From Eremomyces bilateralis CBS 781.70 (taxonomy: Eukaryota), in assembly GCA_010015585.1 (NCBI GenBank), contig ML975152.1: a DNA stretch of 64,000 nucleotides; one strand, written 5' to 3'. A program made the translations under genes and the position numbers. Every line of letters begins with the position of its first letter. The stretch's first letter is position 1. Below are positions 37,631 to 51,758 of this stretch, in pieces. The notes below the pieces were generated by a model. The model was not told the DNA's origin. It ran no database searches and saw nothing but the letters and a program-made list of their open reading frames with translations.

Positions 37631-39715
37631 TCAGCTAATCGTCGTCTTGAATATCCGATGGCAGCGCACCCATTCCCCCGACCCGTCCGGACTGACGTCC
37701 ACTCCATATTCCTTAACACAGCATTCAAACGGCCGGGAGGTCGCCGCCACGTCCCGCTCCACCGCTCCACCGCCCGACGTCTCCTGCCTCGCCTTCTGCT
37801 TCACCTCCTCGAGGTCCCCCCACAGATGGAAAAGCTTCTCCCGGAGCTGCGCGAGCGCGGTACTGTTGTTCCGAAGGCTATATAACTCAACATGTCGGTC
37901 TCACACATTCGGAGGGGGTGACTTACTCCGTCGCGTCCAGCTGCAAGAGATGTTCCGCATCCTGTCCCGCCACGATCAGTTCCATCTGTGCGGCCTTCGC
38001 GCCCGCGTGCACCGGAAGCGCATCTTCCACCAGGAACCGAAACGCCCACTCCCAGCATTTGGGCGAGCACAGCACCGAGTCGCCATCGGAGTCGAAGTCG
38101 GTTTCGGGCGCCGCGTCGTTGTACGCCTCGTCGTCTAGTGACCGAGAGAAGTCCTCCAGGTTGGGCGGGTCGAAGTCGATGACGCGGACTCTGACGCGGC
38201 AGTTGAAGTTGAGCATGGGGAGCGCGTCGGTGGCGGAGCCGCCCGTTCGATGGGAATGGTCCGTGATATCCGATACGGATAAGATGGGGGCGTCGGGGTG
38301 GCCACATCGGACTGTTATCGGTTAATCGCTGAGGGGATTGCCGGTAAGGGGTGAGGTTACTTAGTTGATTGTGCATAGCTATTGGAGGTGGGTTGCTGGT
38401 GGGAGCTTTGCCGGAATCTGAATCAGTTCGACTATTGGCTGCTTCTTTTGCGAGTTGTCTCCTTCGTCTCCTGTTCTTCGCCTTCTTACTGACGCCGTTC
38501 GTCTGAGCGTTCGACTGAGGATTCGTCTGAACGTTTGTCTGATTTTGCGGCGGTCTTTGGTTGTTCGACCTTTCAGGAGGTGGAGACTCGGCCCTGTAAC
38601 CCAAATACTCCTCTTTACGCTTGGTTAAGGCTTCCAGATGCGGGTAATGCGAGGTGCCCGGCTTGATCTTGTGCACGTTAAGCCCGCTTCTGTACTGCTG
38701 ATCCCCGTGCAGACGGGCTTCCATTCCCCACGTCCCCTCGCGGGTCCGAATATTCTGCAGCAGGATGTGGTCACCCACTCGAACATTCTCCGAGGCCCAG
38801 CGGCCGTGGTGGTCGAAGAGCTTCACCTTGATGGTCCGCTGTCCGCCGGCTCCGCTCCACGCTGGCTGTCTGCCGTGGCTCGTGTAGCCGTATTCATCCC
38901 CTTCCCGAACCCCGTTGGAGTTGGCATTCCCGGGGAGCGTGGTTCCGGAATAATCCACTAGCTCCAAGCTGGGTCCGTCCATCATGGAGAAGATTTTCGT
39001 GACCTCGCCGACCATGTCGTAGAAGGTGCCGGGCACCATGTCTTTGATCAAGGCGAACTTTTCACGCTTAGGCTGGCCAACAGATCCCGTCTGTTGCCCA
39101 TTGGGTTCGAACCCTTCGATGGACCGGATATTGATGCTGGTGTTCCAATCGTGCAGTCCAAGGACAAATTTTTTCTCTTCCTGTGTTGGGTCCGATAACA
39201 AGGGGGGGTGGCGGGTATAATCCAATACACTTCCTTGTCTCGCAAAGGCGAGTCTGTTGGTTCGGCTCGGTATCGAGCTGCAAGGGAAGAGATAGACATG
39301 GGCTTGCCGGTTTGCAGAAAACAATGCTTTGTTGCCGTAACGTGTCACCTGCAAACGTCGATATTAGCACAGATCCTAGCATTGATATTCGAAGAAATCA
39401 TACCATGACAAGGCGGCACAGGCAAATATCCCCAGCTGTAACTCTGGGTAGTTCTCCAAAATTTCCAAAAACACGAACATCCGCAAACGCATTTGCTTGT
39501 AACCAAGGGTCATTGATAGTAATGGTGACGAACCAGTCTGTCCGAGTTAGTCCTCAGATCAATTATAAGATGTTCGGGCAGTCCATACCACCTCCTTTGG
39601 ATTGCTTGGGCTCTTTGGTTGAATAGATACACACTCCTGCCACTGATACAGTGCTGCCAGCTCTGGACAGGGCATTGCTCAGGTCCAAGAAATGCGGCGG
39701 TAGCTGAGGCTCCAT
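37631..39715 (-). CDS. POT1: Protection of telomeres protein 1 (OB-fold telomeric ssDNA-binding), multi-exon
   Basis: OB1 LPPHFLDL..VSVAGV..DWFVTITIND; OB2 KFALIKDMVPGTFYDMVGEVTK; C-terminal RVRVRVIDFDPPNLEDF, WEWAFRFLVED, LREKLFHLWGDLEE, PFECCVKEYGV..HRIFKTTIS*. Confidence 0.85.
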
Positions 39716-40218
39716 CGTCACTAGTTGGATTTCCAAACGTGCCGAATATTGAAATGCGTTGGAACTGTGATGACAAAGGGGCACGGGCTATGATTTAGAG
39801 TTATAGGAACAGGATAATGCTGCGGATTTGTGTTCTCAACACTGGTAAAGTGAGTGCATTCACTGATGCACTCGCTGCGTGCAAATACGGTGCAGTGTGG
39901 ACGTGTGGTAAGCAACGATCATACCACTGAAAGGGACGATACAAGTACACTAGGGACATCAGGATTCAGGATCTGGGAGTGCAGTGCAATGACAGAGGCG
40001 GCTCTATGGTGGAATAAAGCGAACCATTGTCAGAACTTGTAATGGGATGCTGCACAAATATCGGCCATCCTCTGTCTAGCCTCCTCACTGGATGTTTCCA
40101 CCATTGCTTCTCTGCTTCTGGTGTATCATGTGGAGACTGGAGGATGAGAGTCGCGACTTGGAAATGGATGGCGTACCAAAAGACGCGTAGTCAGGTGACC
40201 GAGCACTGAGAATTTATG

Positions 40219-40302
40219 GCCTTGTCGCCTTGTAGCCTTGTCGCCTTGTCGCCTTGTCACCTTATGACTTACATAATCTTATGTGTCGCCTTATCGCCTT
40301 AG
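40219..40302. repeat. Tandem 8-mer (GCCTTGTC)x5 plus degenerate GCCTTAT copies
   Basis: 40219-40258 holds five near-perfect units (one GCCTTGTA). GTCGCCTTATCGCCTTAG follows at 40285-40302. Lies between divergent POT1 and importin-alpha. Confidence 0.8.
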
Positions 40303-40622
40303 CACATTTTTAGCCTGTCAGTCCATGTCAGTTGAGAGTTGAACGCAGTGGCCAGAGGGCAGAGAGTGAGGGAGGAGAGAGGGAGGGAGCAAGGACCATC
40401 AGAGAGGGGGATTCATCTAGTTTCTTTCATTGTTACCTTCACTACTTGCTACCTCTCGCAACGCACTATAACAATTTAATTCCCCATTCAGCTCTACAAA
40501 CCCTCCTCCATCTCTCAATAAATCCCTCTCGATAAATCCCACCCTCTCCATTCACTTCGTCCTTCAATTCTCATCCCACTGACTGTGCACACCTCTTGTC
40601 GCCACCGCCCATCCCGTACGCC

Positions 40623-42479
40623 ATGTCTGAACGCTATATCCCCGAGCATCGGCGTAACGCTTTCAAGGCGAGGGGAACCTTCAAGCAGGATGAGCTGCGC
40701 CGACGCCGTGAGGACCAGCAGGTCGAGATTCGTCGAAGCAAGAAGGAAGAGTCCCTCGCGAAGAGAAGAGGCATATCCGTCCCGGGCAGCGCTCCGGGTG
40801 CCGCTCTAGGTGCTGCACCTGACAGCGATGACGATGGGAATATCGAGACTCAGGTACGTCGGATTTTATCTACACAGAATTTGATGGATCCCGTCGAACG
40901 ATGTCATATGCATACGATGTTTTACGCTGGGTGCCTTATAGTATAGGCAGCCTCAACCCACTTCCTCGTTTCTGAAGAGGAGCATTTACTTATTGTTTCC
41001 AGCTCGATGAGGAACTCCCTATCATGGTGAAGGGCGTCTTTTCCGACCAGATCGACGAACAGATTGCCGCCACCACCAAATTCCGCAAGCTCTTGTCCAA
41101 AGAGAGAAATCCTCCCATCGAACGAGTGATCGAGACTGGCGTCGTCAGCCGCTTCGTCGAGTTCCTTCGCTCGCCCCATACCCTCGTGCAGTTCGAGGCC
41201 GCCTGGGCGCTTACCAATATTGCATCCGGTTCGGCTCAACAGACGCAAGTGGTCATCGGCGCTGGTGCCGTCCCCATCTTCGTCGAGTTGCTCAGCAGCC
41301 ATGAGCCTGATGTCCGAGAACAGGCCGTGTGGGCCTTGGGCAACATTGCTGGAGACAGCCCGCATTGCCGAGACTTTGTGCTTCAGCAGGGCGCGTTACG
41401 CCCGCTGTTGGCCCTCCTCGGTGACAGCCGGAAGCTGAGCATGCTTCGTAACGCTACGTGGACTTTGAGCAACTTCTGCCGTGGCAAAACTCCCCAGCCG
41501 GATTGGCAAACGGTATGTATTGATCCTCTTGCTAAACGGCAATTACTTATTTCCGAAACAGATTGCTCCGGCTCTTCCGGTCCTTGCCAAGCTCATATAT
41601 TCGCTCGACGATGAGGTCCTCATCGATGCATGCTGGGCCATCTCGTACCTGTCCGACGGATCCAACGATAAGATCCAGGCCGTCATCGATGCTGGTATCC
41701 CCAGGCGCCTTGTGGAGCTCCTGATGCATGCGTCCACCTCCGTGCAAACGCCTGCCCTTCGATCCGTGGGCAACATCGTCACCGGAGATGACGTGCAAAC
41801 CCAAGTCATCATCAACTCCGGGGCGCTTCCCGCGCTATTGTCGCTGCTCAGCTCGAGCAAAGATGGGATCCGAAAGGAGGCGTGCTGGACGATTTCCAAC
41901 GTCACGGCGGGCAATTCCCAGCAGATCCAGTCCGTGATCGACGCGAACATCGTCGGTCCGCTCATCCACCTGCTTCAGAACGGTGACTTCAAAACCCGGA
42001 AGGAAGCTTGCTGGGCCATCTCGAACGCCACGTCCGGTGGGCTACAGAAACCCGACCAGATCCGATATCTGGTGCAATGCGGCTGCATCAAACCGCTCTG
42101 CGATCTTCTGTCGTGCCCGGACAACAAGATCATCCAGGTCGCCCTCGACGGACTCGAGAACATCCTCAAGGTCGGCGAACACGACAAGGAAGCCGCCGCC
42201 GAAACCGGTGAGCCGATCAACCGCTACGCTCTATTCATCGAAGAGGTCGGAGGCATGGAGAAGGTCCACGACTGCCAAAACAACGCCAACGAGGAGATTT
42301 ACATGAAGGCCTACAACATCATCGAGAAGTACTTCTCCGATGACGAGGAGGTCGCGAACGAGATGGGCGATCTCGCGCCGCAACAAGGCCAAGATGGGAC
42401 CTTCGGATTCGGTGCGCAATCGCAAGCTCCGCAGCAGGGTTTCAGCTTTGCGAACGGAGGCGACTCGATGGACATGTAA
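40623..42479 (+). CDS. SRP1: Importin subunit alpha (karyopherin alpha), 3 exons
   Basis: IBB domain [41 protein letters not shown] repeats [36 protein letters not shown]. First intron 40854-41002. Confidence 0.97.
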
Positions 42480-43270
42480 ATTCCGTCGTAATTGATTTCC
42501 AAGTTCATAGCCCGGATATGCCTGGGTGAAAAGAGCTGTGACCACAGTTGGAAGAGCTGGCTCGTCAAAGGCCCACGGAGACCCTTTTGACCAGTCTGAT
42601 GCCACAGGACTCGTACCTATTAATGGAGTCGGGCTCAAGACTGGCGCAGGCATCACGACGGGCGCACGGCCGGCAGACCGGATTCATCTCGACTGCGCCC
42701 ACGATGAATCCAAATTTGAAATTCCCAGCAACGTTGCGGCTGCAGACTCCTTCTGTTCGTTTGCTCTCCATTCTCATCGTTTCCCCCACCCTCCTCACCC
42801 ACCTGCTTTCGCTTGATATGAACGGGACGTGGCACTCACCGCATCTCCATCCATAATCATAGCAAGAACATCCCCCCTTCCCTTACCACGATTTCGAAAG
42901 AAGCACCTGAAAGATGCACCGTCATGTATTCCCCCGGTTCGACCCGAACCCATAGCATTGTACTCCCGGCGCCGCGTTATGTGAACACCGAATCCCCGGT
43001 CACTCTGGTTTCCCGCGACATGTTGATAGAGCTAAATTAAAAAATGAGAAAATGATACCACGTCTATTGCTGATTGACGATTGTTGATTGACCATTTTTG
43101 ATTGACCATTTCCATGCGGAGTGCAAGAGTGAGACGGGGGATATATTCAGTTATTTTTTGGTAGCAGTAGTAGTACAGCGTCCCATCCATCGGGGTCGAT
43201 TTCCCGGGACGGTTCCATCACCAGTATGCGCCATGCCTCCCAGCAACAGAAGATTCGCATGTATCCGCAA

Positions 43271-44170
43271 TCACGGCCTCAGCCCGAGCAGGAAATTCCC
43301 CCCTTTTCCTCCCTCGCTTTGACTTCCACTCGGCAAGTACGTCACATTCGGGTTGTTCGCTAACATCTGCGCAATCTCCTTCTGCGTCTCAATCCTTCGA
43401 ATCTGAATCAACCCATCCCCTGACTTCGCCACCGCCCTGCTAATCGTATCCGCCGCCTCCGCCTCCCCCTCGGCGCGGATTACGTTCGCCTGGCGCTCCT
43501 GCTCCGCCTTCTCGACGATGAACCGCGCACGCTCGGCCTCCTGCTGGGCGATCTGCTTCTCCTCGACCGCCTTAGTGAACTCCCGCCCGAACGTCATGTG
43601 CGTGATGGAGACGTCCTCCAGCTGGATGTTGAACTCCTGCGCCCGTTTGAGCAGATCGGTGCGGATCCGGTTGCTGACGGCTTCACGCTGGGTGATCAGC
43701 TCGGCGGCGTCGAATTGGGCGACGATGGCTTTGAGGACTTCGTTGCCGATTGAGGGGAGCACGCGCTCGTCGTAGTCTTGGCCAAGGGTCTGGGACATGG
43801 TCAGATTACTTTGAAACTTGAAAGTGGAATGGGGTCACGGTCGACGCACCTGATAGATCTTCGGCAGCATCTTCACCTCCGGTCGATGCAGCACCCGCAG
43901 CGTCAAGCTGACCATCTGCAAATCCTTGCTGCCGGTCGTCGTCGAAATGTTGCGCGGCTTCGTCCGCACGTCGTAGATGATGCTCCGCTGCACCCAAGGT
44001 ACCAGGAAGTGCGTCCCCTCATTGATCACCTGCTCCTTGACACCCTGGAATCGGTCAAAGATGACCGCCCGCGTGCCGCCCTTGACATCGTAGATCGAGG
44101 CGTTGGCGACGGAGAGGGCGATGGCGCCGGGAACGGCCCAGCGGGAGACGGCGCCGAGGATGTTGGCCAT
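43271..44170 (-). CDS. PHB1: Prohibitin 1, 2 exons
   Basis: [82 protein letters not shown]. Confidence 0.96.
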
Positions 44171-44492
44171 GGTGGGATGGTCGGGGGAGGAGTTGGCTGA
44201 TTAAGGGGAGTTTCCCGAGTGTAGAGGTTATTGGACGGGCTCGCTGGGAAGAAACTCAAGAAAACGATGCTCCTCAATACATTTGACGGTTTGGACTTGA
44301 AGTCTGGAGTTCATCGGGAGCTCGGACCATCATGAAGTTCTTAGACGTAGCACGTGATTTGGAGATTTCGGAACCACCAGAACCTCATCCTCGACTTCTT
44401 CCGAACCGCTCAGTGGCATTGTCCATCACGTCTCCCTCTCCCAACCCAGCGGTCTATCATTGAGCCCCAATCTTTTGCTCCGAATCTTCAAA

Positions 44493-45010
44493 ATGGGCGG
44501 AATTCACGGTGGTATGGAAGCGAAGTAAGTCCCCGTCACCCATGCGTCCATGGCGGTTGTGCCGGATCCTGCGACCTTTCTTCGCCCTGTTACTGACTCT
44601 CTCGACAGATGGTTGGGCTGGTGGGGTAGCCTAGGTACGCAGACATAACCCGCAACCGAATTCGGTTCTCCCGATGGAAACGACGGGAACGGCTTGGCTG
44701 ACGACTCCCCGTGTTCAGGAAGCATGTCCCAGAAAGGCGTCACCACCTACACGGTCGCCCCCAATCGCATGCGGCCCTTGGCCGGCACGCTGCACGCCGC
44801 GTTCTTCAACACCTTCCGACGCAGCCGGAACCAGATCCTCTACGTGCTGCCGCCGTTCATCGTCGGGTACTATGCCATGGACTGGGCTACCAAGAAGTAC
44901 GGCCCCCGACTACCCACCCATAACCAGATATGGGGGAGCTGACGAGTGGATCTAGGAACGAATGGTTGAACTCGAAGGAGGGCAGGGCAGCGACGGGAGA
45001 GGAGGAGTAG
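44493..45010 (+). CDS. QCR8: Cytochrome b-c1 complex subunit 8, 4 exons
   Basis: Spliced MGGIHGGMEAKWLGWWGSLGSMSQKGVTTYTVAPNRMRPLAG..FNTFRRSRNQILYVLPPF..WATKKNEWLNSKEGR. Confidence 0.93.
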
Positions 45011-45272
45011 GTATAGCGACGAAATTACATGAGGGGCGGACGGGCTTCATAGATGGGTTCTCAACGCTGTGATCAGCACACTGTGTATAACATGAAGAAT
45101 TCAAGCTTGCATATGGAACTGCCATTCTACCAGGTGCCTTGATCGGTCGCTACAGTCGCTGGCTAATGCTATATGCTTGCATCCACCCCACCGGGACTCC
45201 CGGTTCCTAACGATCTACCGAAATGGGAGGGAAGCGGGCAAATATCAAATCGACGAAGACAGTCGCCCGACG

Positions 45273-48170
45273 TTAAGCAATGTAGTTGTACATGCCAGTC
45301 TCTCCATCCCGAACCATGTAGTCCTTGTCAATCAATCTATCAATCAGTCAGCATTCATCCACCCCTTCGCACCGCACGCACTCACTTGTCGATGTTCCGC
45401 TTGATATCCCCGACATCCAGCGCCCCTCGCTTCTTCGTCGCCTCAATCACCTCGGTAATCAGGTGGTTATGATTGATGCTCTGCCGACTCTTCAGGATCC
45501 GCACGATGGCCGCCTGCGTCTCGAACTGTCGGTCCGCGTGCACGCGCTCATGAGTCGCCTTGTTCTCCTCACGCGTCTCCTTCAGCTGGACTTGGTTTAC
45601 CTTCAATCGCTGCTTCTCGTGCCGGAAATCTGCGTTCCAGCTGAACGAATCAGTCTCGTCGACTTCTCTTCCTTTGGGATGTTTCTTTAAGGGTCGGATT
45701 CGCGCACACGCCAACGATTGTAGAGTTCGTTTGAGCTCGGCATCGTCTGCGTGGAATTAGAGAAGATCACCCCTTGACTTAGAGCTGCACTTACCGAGTC
45801 CGGTTTCCGCTTTAATGACGCTATAGGGAACCTTATCGTCCGCGTCCAAAAACTGATTAAACACCAGAATCACAATTGTCTGGCTTCCTGAAAGCACGAG
45901 TTCTTTTTTCCCTTTCGGGAAGTCCGCCCGCACATGGCAGGTGACCAAGCCGTGCTTCCAATCCAACTTGTGGTTGCTGTGCTTGCTCCGGTACGACTCC
46001 TCGAACTTGTCGATCAGCACTTTGACGTCGGGCGGGAGGATGAAGGGGAGGTCTTTGTACGACGGCCAAGCCGACGACGACAGGACCGTGACGTTGAGGT
46101 CGATCGGAGAGTACTCCTCCCGCTCTGCCGCGATGGCCTTGTAGGAGGCCATTTCTTCGCGGCTGAGGCTGATGTCGGAGAACATCCGCTCCAGGTTCTT
46201 GGTGAACTCCGCGCCGCATTCTGGATCTATGTCAGCAACACTGACGCCGAGGAAACAATCGCTCTAACTCACCTGTTTTTAACCGTGTGATCATACTCAT
46301 TTCCGCGTCGGCACTAGCGCTCCTCCCCATCAGCAGCCGCCGAGCAAGGTCCTTCTTGTAGAATGCCTCGAAGACTTGCTTGCCGTGCACGAATCGGAAT
46401 AGGTCCAGCGCTTGATCGAGCTGATTGTTCACTTCGGCGTCTTCGTCCCCGGCGTACTGGTCCGCATCGCCTTCCTCGTCGGGCTTCGCGGTGCTGGCCC
46501 ATTTGAAGGCCATTGCCGAAGGGATCGCCTTGGAACCGCCCTGCAACAGTAGATCCAAGTACTTCGCGATCATTTCGGCGGGCTTGGAATTGTCCGTGTT
46601 CCACGTAGCGGATGTCTTCCGAGTCTTGTTGATGAAGAATTCGAACGACGTCTTCATGGCGTGGCCGAGATCGTCATCTCGTTCGAAGGCGATTTTCCAT
46701 GTCCGATCCAGTTGCTTCTTTAAGGATAGCAGACGGACCACCATATGGTCCTGCTCTTTCTCGTCGAAGATGATGGAGGTCCCAGTTTGGTCGATCCATT
46801 GCTCGAAGGGGGGCTGGAGCTTCGATCCCAACCGTCGCCTTTGAAGCAAGGAGTACAGACGTCGCAGGTCATCGGTTGCGGCTTTGTCCATGAGCTCTTG
46901 GAATTCGCCCGAACCCACTAGGAAAGTAAGCATCATGACTCAAGAGCGTGCATGAAAGGAATACTTACCTAGACGGTCTTTCCTACTGACAATCAAGTGC
47001 TCCTCTAGCAACGTCACCAAGTCGCGCCGCGTGGAGACATCCAAGCTGAATAGATCGCACCGATCTACCTCGCGCTGGATCAGTTCGGACGCACTCTTTA
47101 CATAGTCTGAGAGCGACTTGGCGTCTGCCTCGTTCGCCCACTCCCGCACATAAATTTGGGACGCATGATGCATCTTTGGCTCCAATACCGTCGTGTAGGA
47201 GGATATTTCGCGGAACATTCGAATCGATTCGCGGAATAGGCTCAAATCCGGTGTCCGGCCTGTCCGATCCGCCTCGACGAGGTCGCAGACGCCGTTGAGA
47301 ACCTTCCCTTTCAATTCGACATCTCCAAGAATCTCATCGCGGAAGAACCCGATCGCTATCTCTTTGATCGTGGGTAGAGATTCGGCCAGGAGGTAGGTTT
47401 GGTCCAAGAAGGAGAAGATGGATCTTATCATGACCTAAACTGTGTGAGATCAAGACACGAGGAACTATACCAACTCCACCCACCATATGTTGAAGCCATT
47501 TTCCCCAGATCGACACCGTCCCCTGGAGAAAATCCACATTTGTCCCGCCTAACCTCGAGCGCAGCTGCGCCCTCATCGACCCCGACGCATACGCTCCGAG
47601 CTTGGATTTCAATAGCTCCGTCAACTCCTGCGCCATATTCTGCCGGCACACATTCTCCACCCCCTTGTAAAGCTCCTCCAACGAAAAGTCAATCGGCCGG
47701 TCCGCGAGAATGACATCGATCGCCGTGTCCAGCCGGCTCCACGCCGTTTCCAGATACTGCTTCGGATCCAACCGCGTGCTGGTCCGTCGGTTCTTCACAA
47801 CGAGCCGCTTCGCGCCGATCTGGGGATCAAACGGCAACTTGCCGTTGCGAACCGCACCTTTCGCCGGCCTATTGGGTCCCGTGAGGTCGACCACCTCGTC
47901 CTGCCCGCCGTTCCTCTTGCTCTTGAATGCATACATCTTCTCAGGCGGCAATGGGGCGTGATCGTCGCGCGCGCCCGTCGAGGGGTTCGGTCGCGGTCGT
48001 TTGCGGCTCGGGCTGGGTTGCGAGCCGTCGGAATGCGTGGCGGGGGCCTTGGGCTGCGGGGCGAAGATGCTGGAGAGCGTGGGTTGCGTGGCGGCGGTGG
48101 ACTTCCGCTTTTTATCCGGGAAATGTGAGCTGTCGAGTTCGCCGGCCGTGGATGGGGGTTGTCTGGGCAT
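45273..48170 (-). CDS. CUL4: Cullin-4, multi-exon
   Basis: AKRLVVKN, FSLEELYKGVENVCRQ, IRSIFSFLDQTY, FRFVHGKQVFEAFYKKDLARRLLMGRSASADAE, DRQFETQAAIVRILK, LIDKDYMVR..YNYIA*. Confidence 0.93.
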
Positions 48171-48845
48171 CGAAGAACCGCTCCAAATTCACGCCTTGAA
48201 GGAACTACGCATGGGATAATGCACGACTTGCGTGGGAATTGAGCCGTGGAGGGTAAAAGGGGGGGTGTGAATACTTTGGTCGTGAAGATACTGGTATCCG
48301 AGATGCCATGGATATGCGATGTGTGAGGTCGGAGTGAGGTCGGAGTTACGCTCGGCGTTAACGTGCTGCTTCAACTACCATTCATTGTGACTTCAGATTT
48401 CAAATGATAGGGAAAGTTCGAGGCTTTGGCAATGGGAATTCTTCAATGTTAGATAAAAATTAATATCAATATCTTTAATCAATATATCCCTAAATAGGAG
48501 AAGTCTCGTGTCGACGGTTTCGCCACTGCAACGTGGAAACGGATTATCATTAGTACTTAAGCCATATCACATACGAACTTTAAGGATATCAACTCGGAAG
48601 AGTTCAGCAGTTAAGCACCCCAAAGTCGACTTGGAACCATTTTATTGTTTAATGGTATCACCCAATTCCATACAAGGATCTCGTTACCTTCAAGAATATC
48701 GCTGCCAACATAAATGAGCTGAGTGAAGCTAAGAACAAAACGGCTCGCAGCCGTTGATGCGAACCCTCCATCTTCTCCGCTCGAACTTATGGTATCATCC
48801 GGTCTATGCGCCACTCCAGGGGAACATAAGCATGCCCCAAACCAC

Positions 48846-51758
48846 CTAGAACAAGGTCCAGCCCTTCGATCGCTTGCCGTCGGTTCGCAAGGACCGCTTT
48901 TCTCGGGCTTCCAGTTGTCGCAACGCTTGCATCTCTTTCAGGACGTGCTCCAGGAGGTCCTTGCGCCGCACCACATCCAGATGGCGCTTGACCTTAGGGT
49001 CTTCGCTGGCGAAGCGCTCAATCTCCGATTTCGACAGGTCGCGTCCTAATCTGTTGTCGAGCTCCCGTGGAAACTAAGACGTGTTAGACTCCGGTGACGA
49101 TATCCAAGGGAATTGGGTCGACGTACATTATAGTAGAACTTGGAGAGTAGTTCGGCATCCAAGAAAAGGTCCGCGGTGGTCGTAAGTTTATCGGCTACAG
49201 CGTCTAAGAAGACTTCCGGGCAGTGGTATTTGTTCTTTTTGGAAGCGCATTGCTTGGACTTCACGGCAAGTAGCCTCATCTGTAGGACGTCGGCGCGATC
49301 GCGCAGGAAGACGGCCTCTTGACCTGTTCCGAAATCAGTCCTCTGGGTCTCTTCTAATAGAAGGGATGTGGACAAACCTTTTCTGAGAAGGGAGGCACTG
49401 AATCCTCCGGCTCCTCCTGCCCCGGTGCCTTCAAGGACGATTTGGCTGCTTCGAACGCGGTCAATAAATGTCAACACATCCCTCAGCTTCCTCTTTCCCC
49501 CCATTTCAGTCTCTACATTCTTCATCGCGGCTCGGCAGACCTCGAGCTCCTCTTTCAACACGTCGGAAACGGTGTCGCGACCGCGTTTCCATTCAGCGTC
49601 TTCCAGGTCAATCCGGTATTTGTATGGTTTGATGCAAATCTCAAGTTCGTCGCTGATATCGTACGACAAGTCGCTGAGGATCGATGCCGAGGCGTTGGTA
49701 ATGGCTTTGCGTGCGAAAGGATGCGCGGAGAAAGAGGATGAAGTGATGAGTTGTTCGACGTGCATCTGCAATGCGTTCGCGACCACGGTGGTCGCTAGTC
49801 GCCCGATCCCAAGCTTGGTCAAGGAGCCGGTGGACGCATCCAACTTAAGACGCCACAACGCATTCTCAGGATCCGCCTTGGGCAGATCTTTCAACGAGTC
49901 CGCCTCCGGTATCGGCGGGCTTAAGTCTTCGAGGGGTTTGTTCCAGTACCGTTGCGCCAGCAGGTTAAGCACCTGTTGGTCCAGCTCATGCTTGATGAGC
50001 GCGCGAACTTGCGGCCGACCGAAGTCTTCGGCGAAGCGCCGGAACGAGTGCTTGAACGCGTCCAGGCTTTCGGCGAGGTAGGTTTCCGCGCTGAGCGGCA
50101 TTTCGTTATATTGCACCTTAAACTCATACGTCGCTTCCGCCAGCTCCTGCTGAATCGCTTCGCTGGTGGACTTCAAGCTTGCCGCCATGGTCTGTTCCAT
50201 GACGCGCATCAGCTTCTTGCGGAGCGTTTTGGTTCCCACGTCTAACTGAGAATCGGCGCCGAACTCACTGTGCGACGAGAAAAACGACTGCTCATTCTTC
50301 TGAATCGCAGTGCTGATGTTGCCACTGCCCCGGTGGAATAAGCTCGACGTAGGGGATTGCGGGAGACGTGACACGACGCCGACATAGCCCAAGCGTAGAG
50401 CGTATTTCCTATCACCCAACATGCTCGCTCCTCGCTCCGGATCGACCAGATCCATCTTCGTGATGACTCCTATCGTCCGTTCGCCCCGGGGATCGATTTT
50501 CCGACTGGCCCGGAGCGCGGTCGAATTGGCCAAGTCGACGTCCGCCGCGGAGATGGCTAATATGACATTGGGGGCCTTGATGTATCTCTCGCACAGCTCA
50601 GCAATCTTCTCTTTCAGCTCCGGAGGTTGATCGCGTCCGGAAACCTGAATATATCCGGGGAGGTCGATCAGGGAGAGATCCGGGACGTTTGGAGAATAGA
50701 TGCGTAGTTGGATCGGCTCGTCGGAGACGCATTGTTCGGCAGGGACGGCGAGATTGAGATCGGTAAGGGTCTTTTGGATGTGGGAGAAGTCGGTGATCTT
50801 CCCAATTCCCAAGGACGGGAACTCTCCATATTCCGCTCGAGAGTCAGGGGTGTTGACCAGTGTCAGCTCAATTGGCCTGCGTGTAACCATGTTGGACCCC
50901 TTAGGAAGAAACTCATGTCCAACGATGGATTCCAAAACTGAGCTCTTCCCCGAGGATTGTGATCCGATGACGACAATGGACGGCAGAGTCAAGGTGTCCG
51001 ACTGCCCTACGGTCTGTAAAAGGCCCCTGATTTCGATCATCTTCCGCGTCAACAGCATCATTTGATCATCGCGAGCGATTTGTTCCTCCTGGGTGCCTTC
51101 ATCGTCCGATTTCGAGTCGTATGCGAACGCTGCGGTCGCACCACCGGCGGCCGCTGCACCGGTATTGCTGTGTTTCGGATCGCCTTCGGGGCCTTGGCCG
51201 GGCCCGTCTCCTCTCTGTCCCGATTCGGACGCATTTAGGAGACTTTGAAGCCATTCTGGTAGCTCTATCCTATCCGTTGTTTGGTCCCATCCTTCCTTCG
51301 TTTGGTTTAGAACTCCCGCTGCTCCAGTGTAGAGCTCGTTGGCCAAGGATCCGGCGCGGTCGGTCGTCTTATGGAACACGTCGACCATATAGTTGCCAGC
51401 CTCTGATATATATTAGCATGGCCATTGCATGAAAGTACGCGTACTTACGCGCAGCTTGATATTGGACATAGGTGAATCCTGCAACCGCAGCACCTCCAGT
51501 TACTGCCCCAAGAGTGGCGAACTTGGACACCAACTTCGGTATGAAGCGGGCGAACGATATTGATCGGGCCACCGGTACATTATGAAGAAAGGACGAGCCA
51601 ATATGTCGATCCAGCGTTCGGAGTTCGCGCAATCGGGAGCCCGGGCGAAGTAAACCTCCGGCGACGGTATTGATACTCTTGGATACGGCTCGTTGCTGCG
51701 ACCATGCGACGCCACGAGCGAGAGGCGCAAGGCGTGCGGAGAGCAGCCTCGCGCTCAT
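48846..51758 (-). CDS. MGM1: Mitochondrial dynamin-like GTPase Mgm1/Msp1, multi-exon
   Basis: Arg-rich presequence plus TM segment; LPSIVVIGSQSSGKSSVLE, MVTRRPIEL, DLPGY, TKMD; CPEVFLDAVADKL; ends KGWTLF*. Confidence 0.95.

Noticed and set aside
40854..41002. Possible C/D snoRNA in importin-alpha intron 1 (TTCCTCGTT-T-CTGA, recalled as complementary to an 18S AACGAGGAA segment)
   Set aside because: Only a 9-nt match, from memory; no canonical C box; D box very close to the branch site. Needs snoscan/Rfam.
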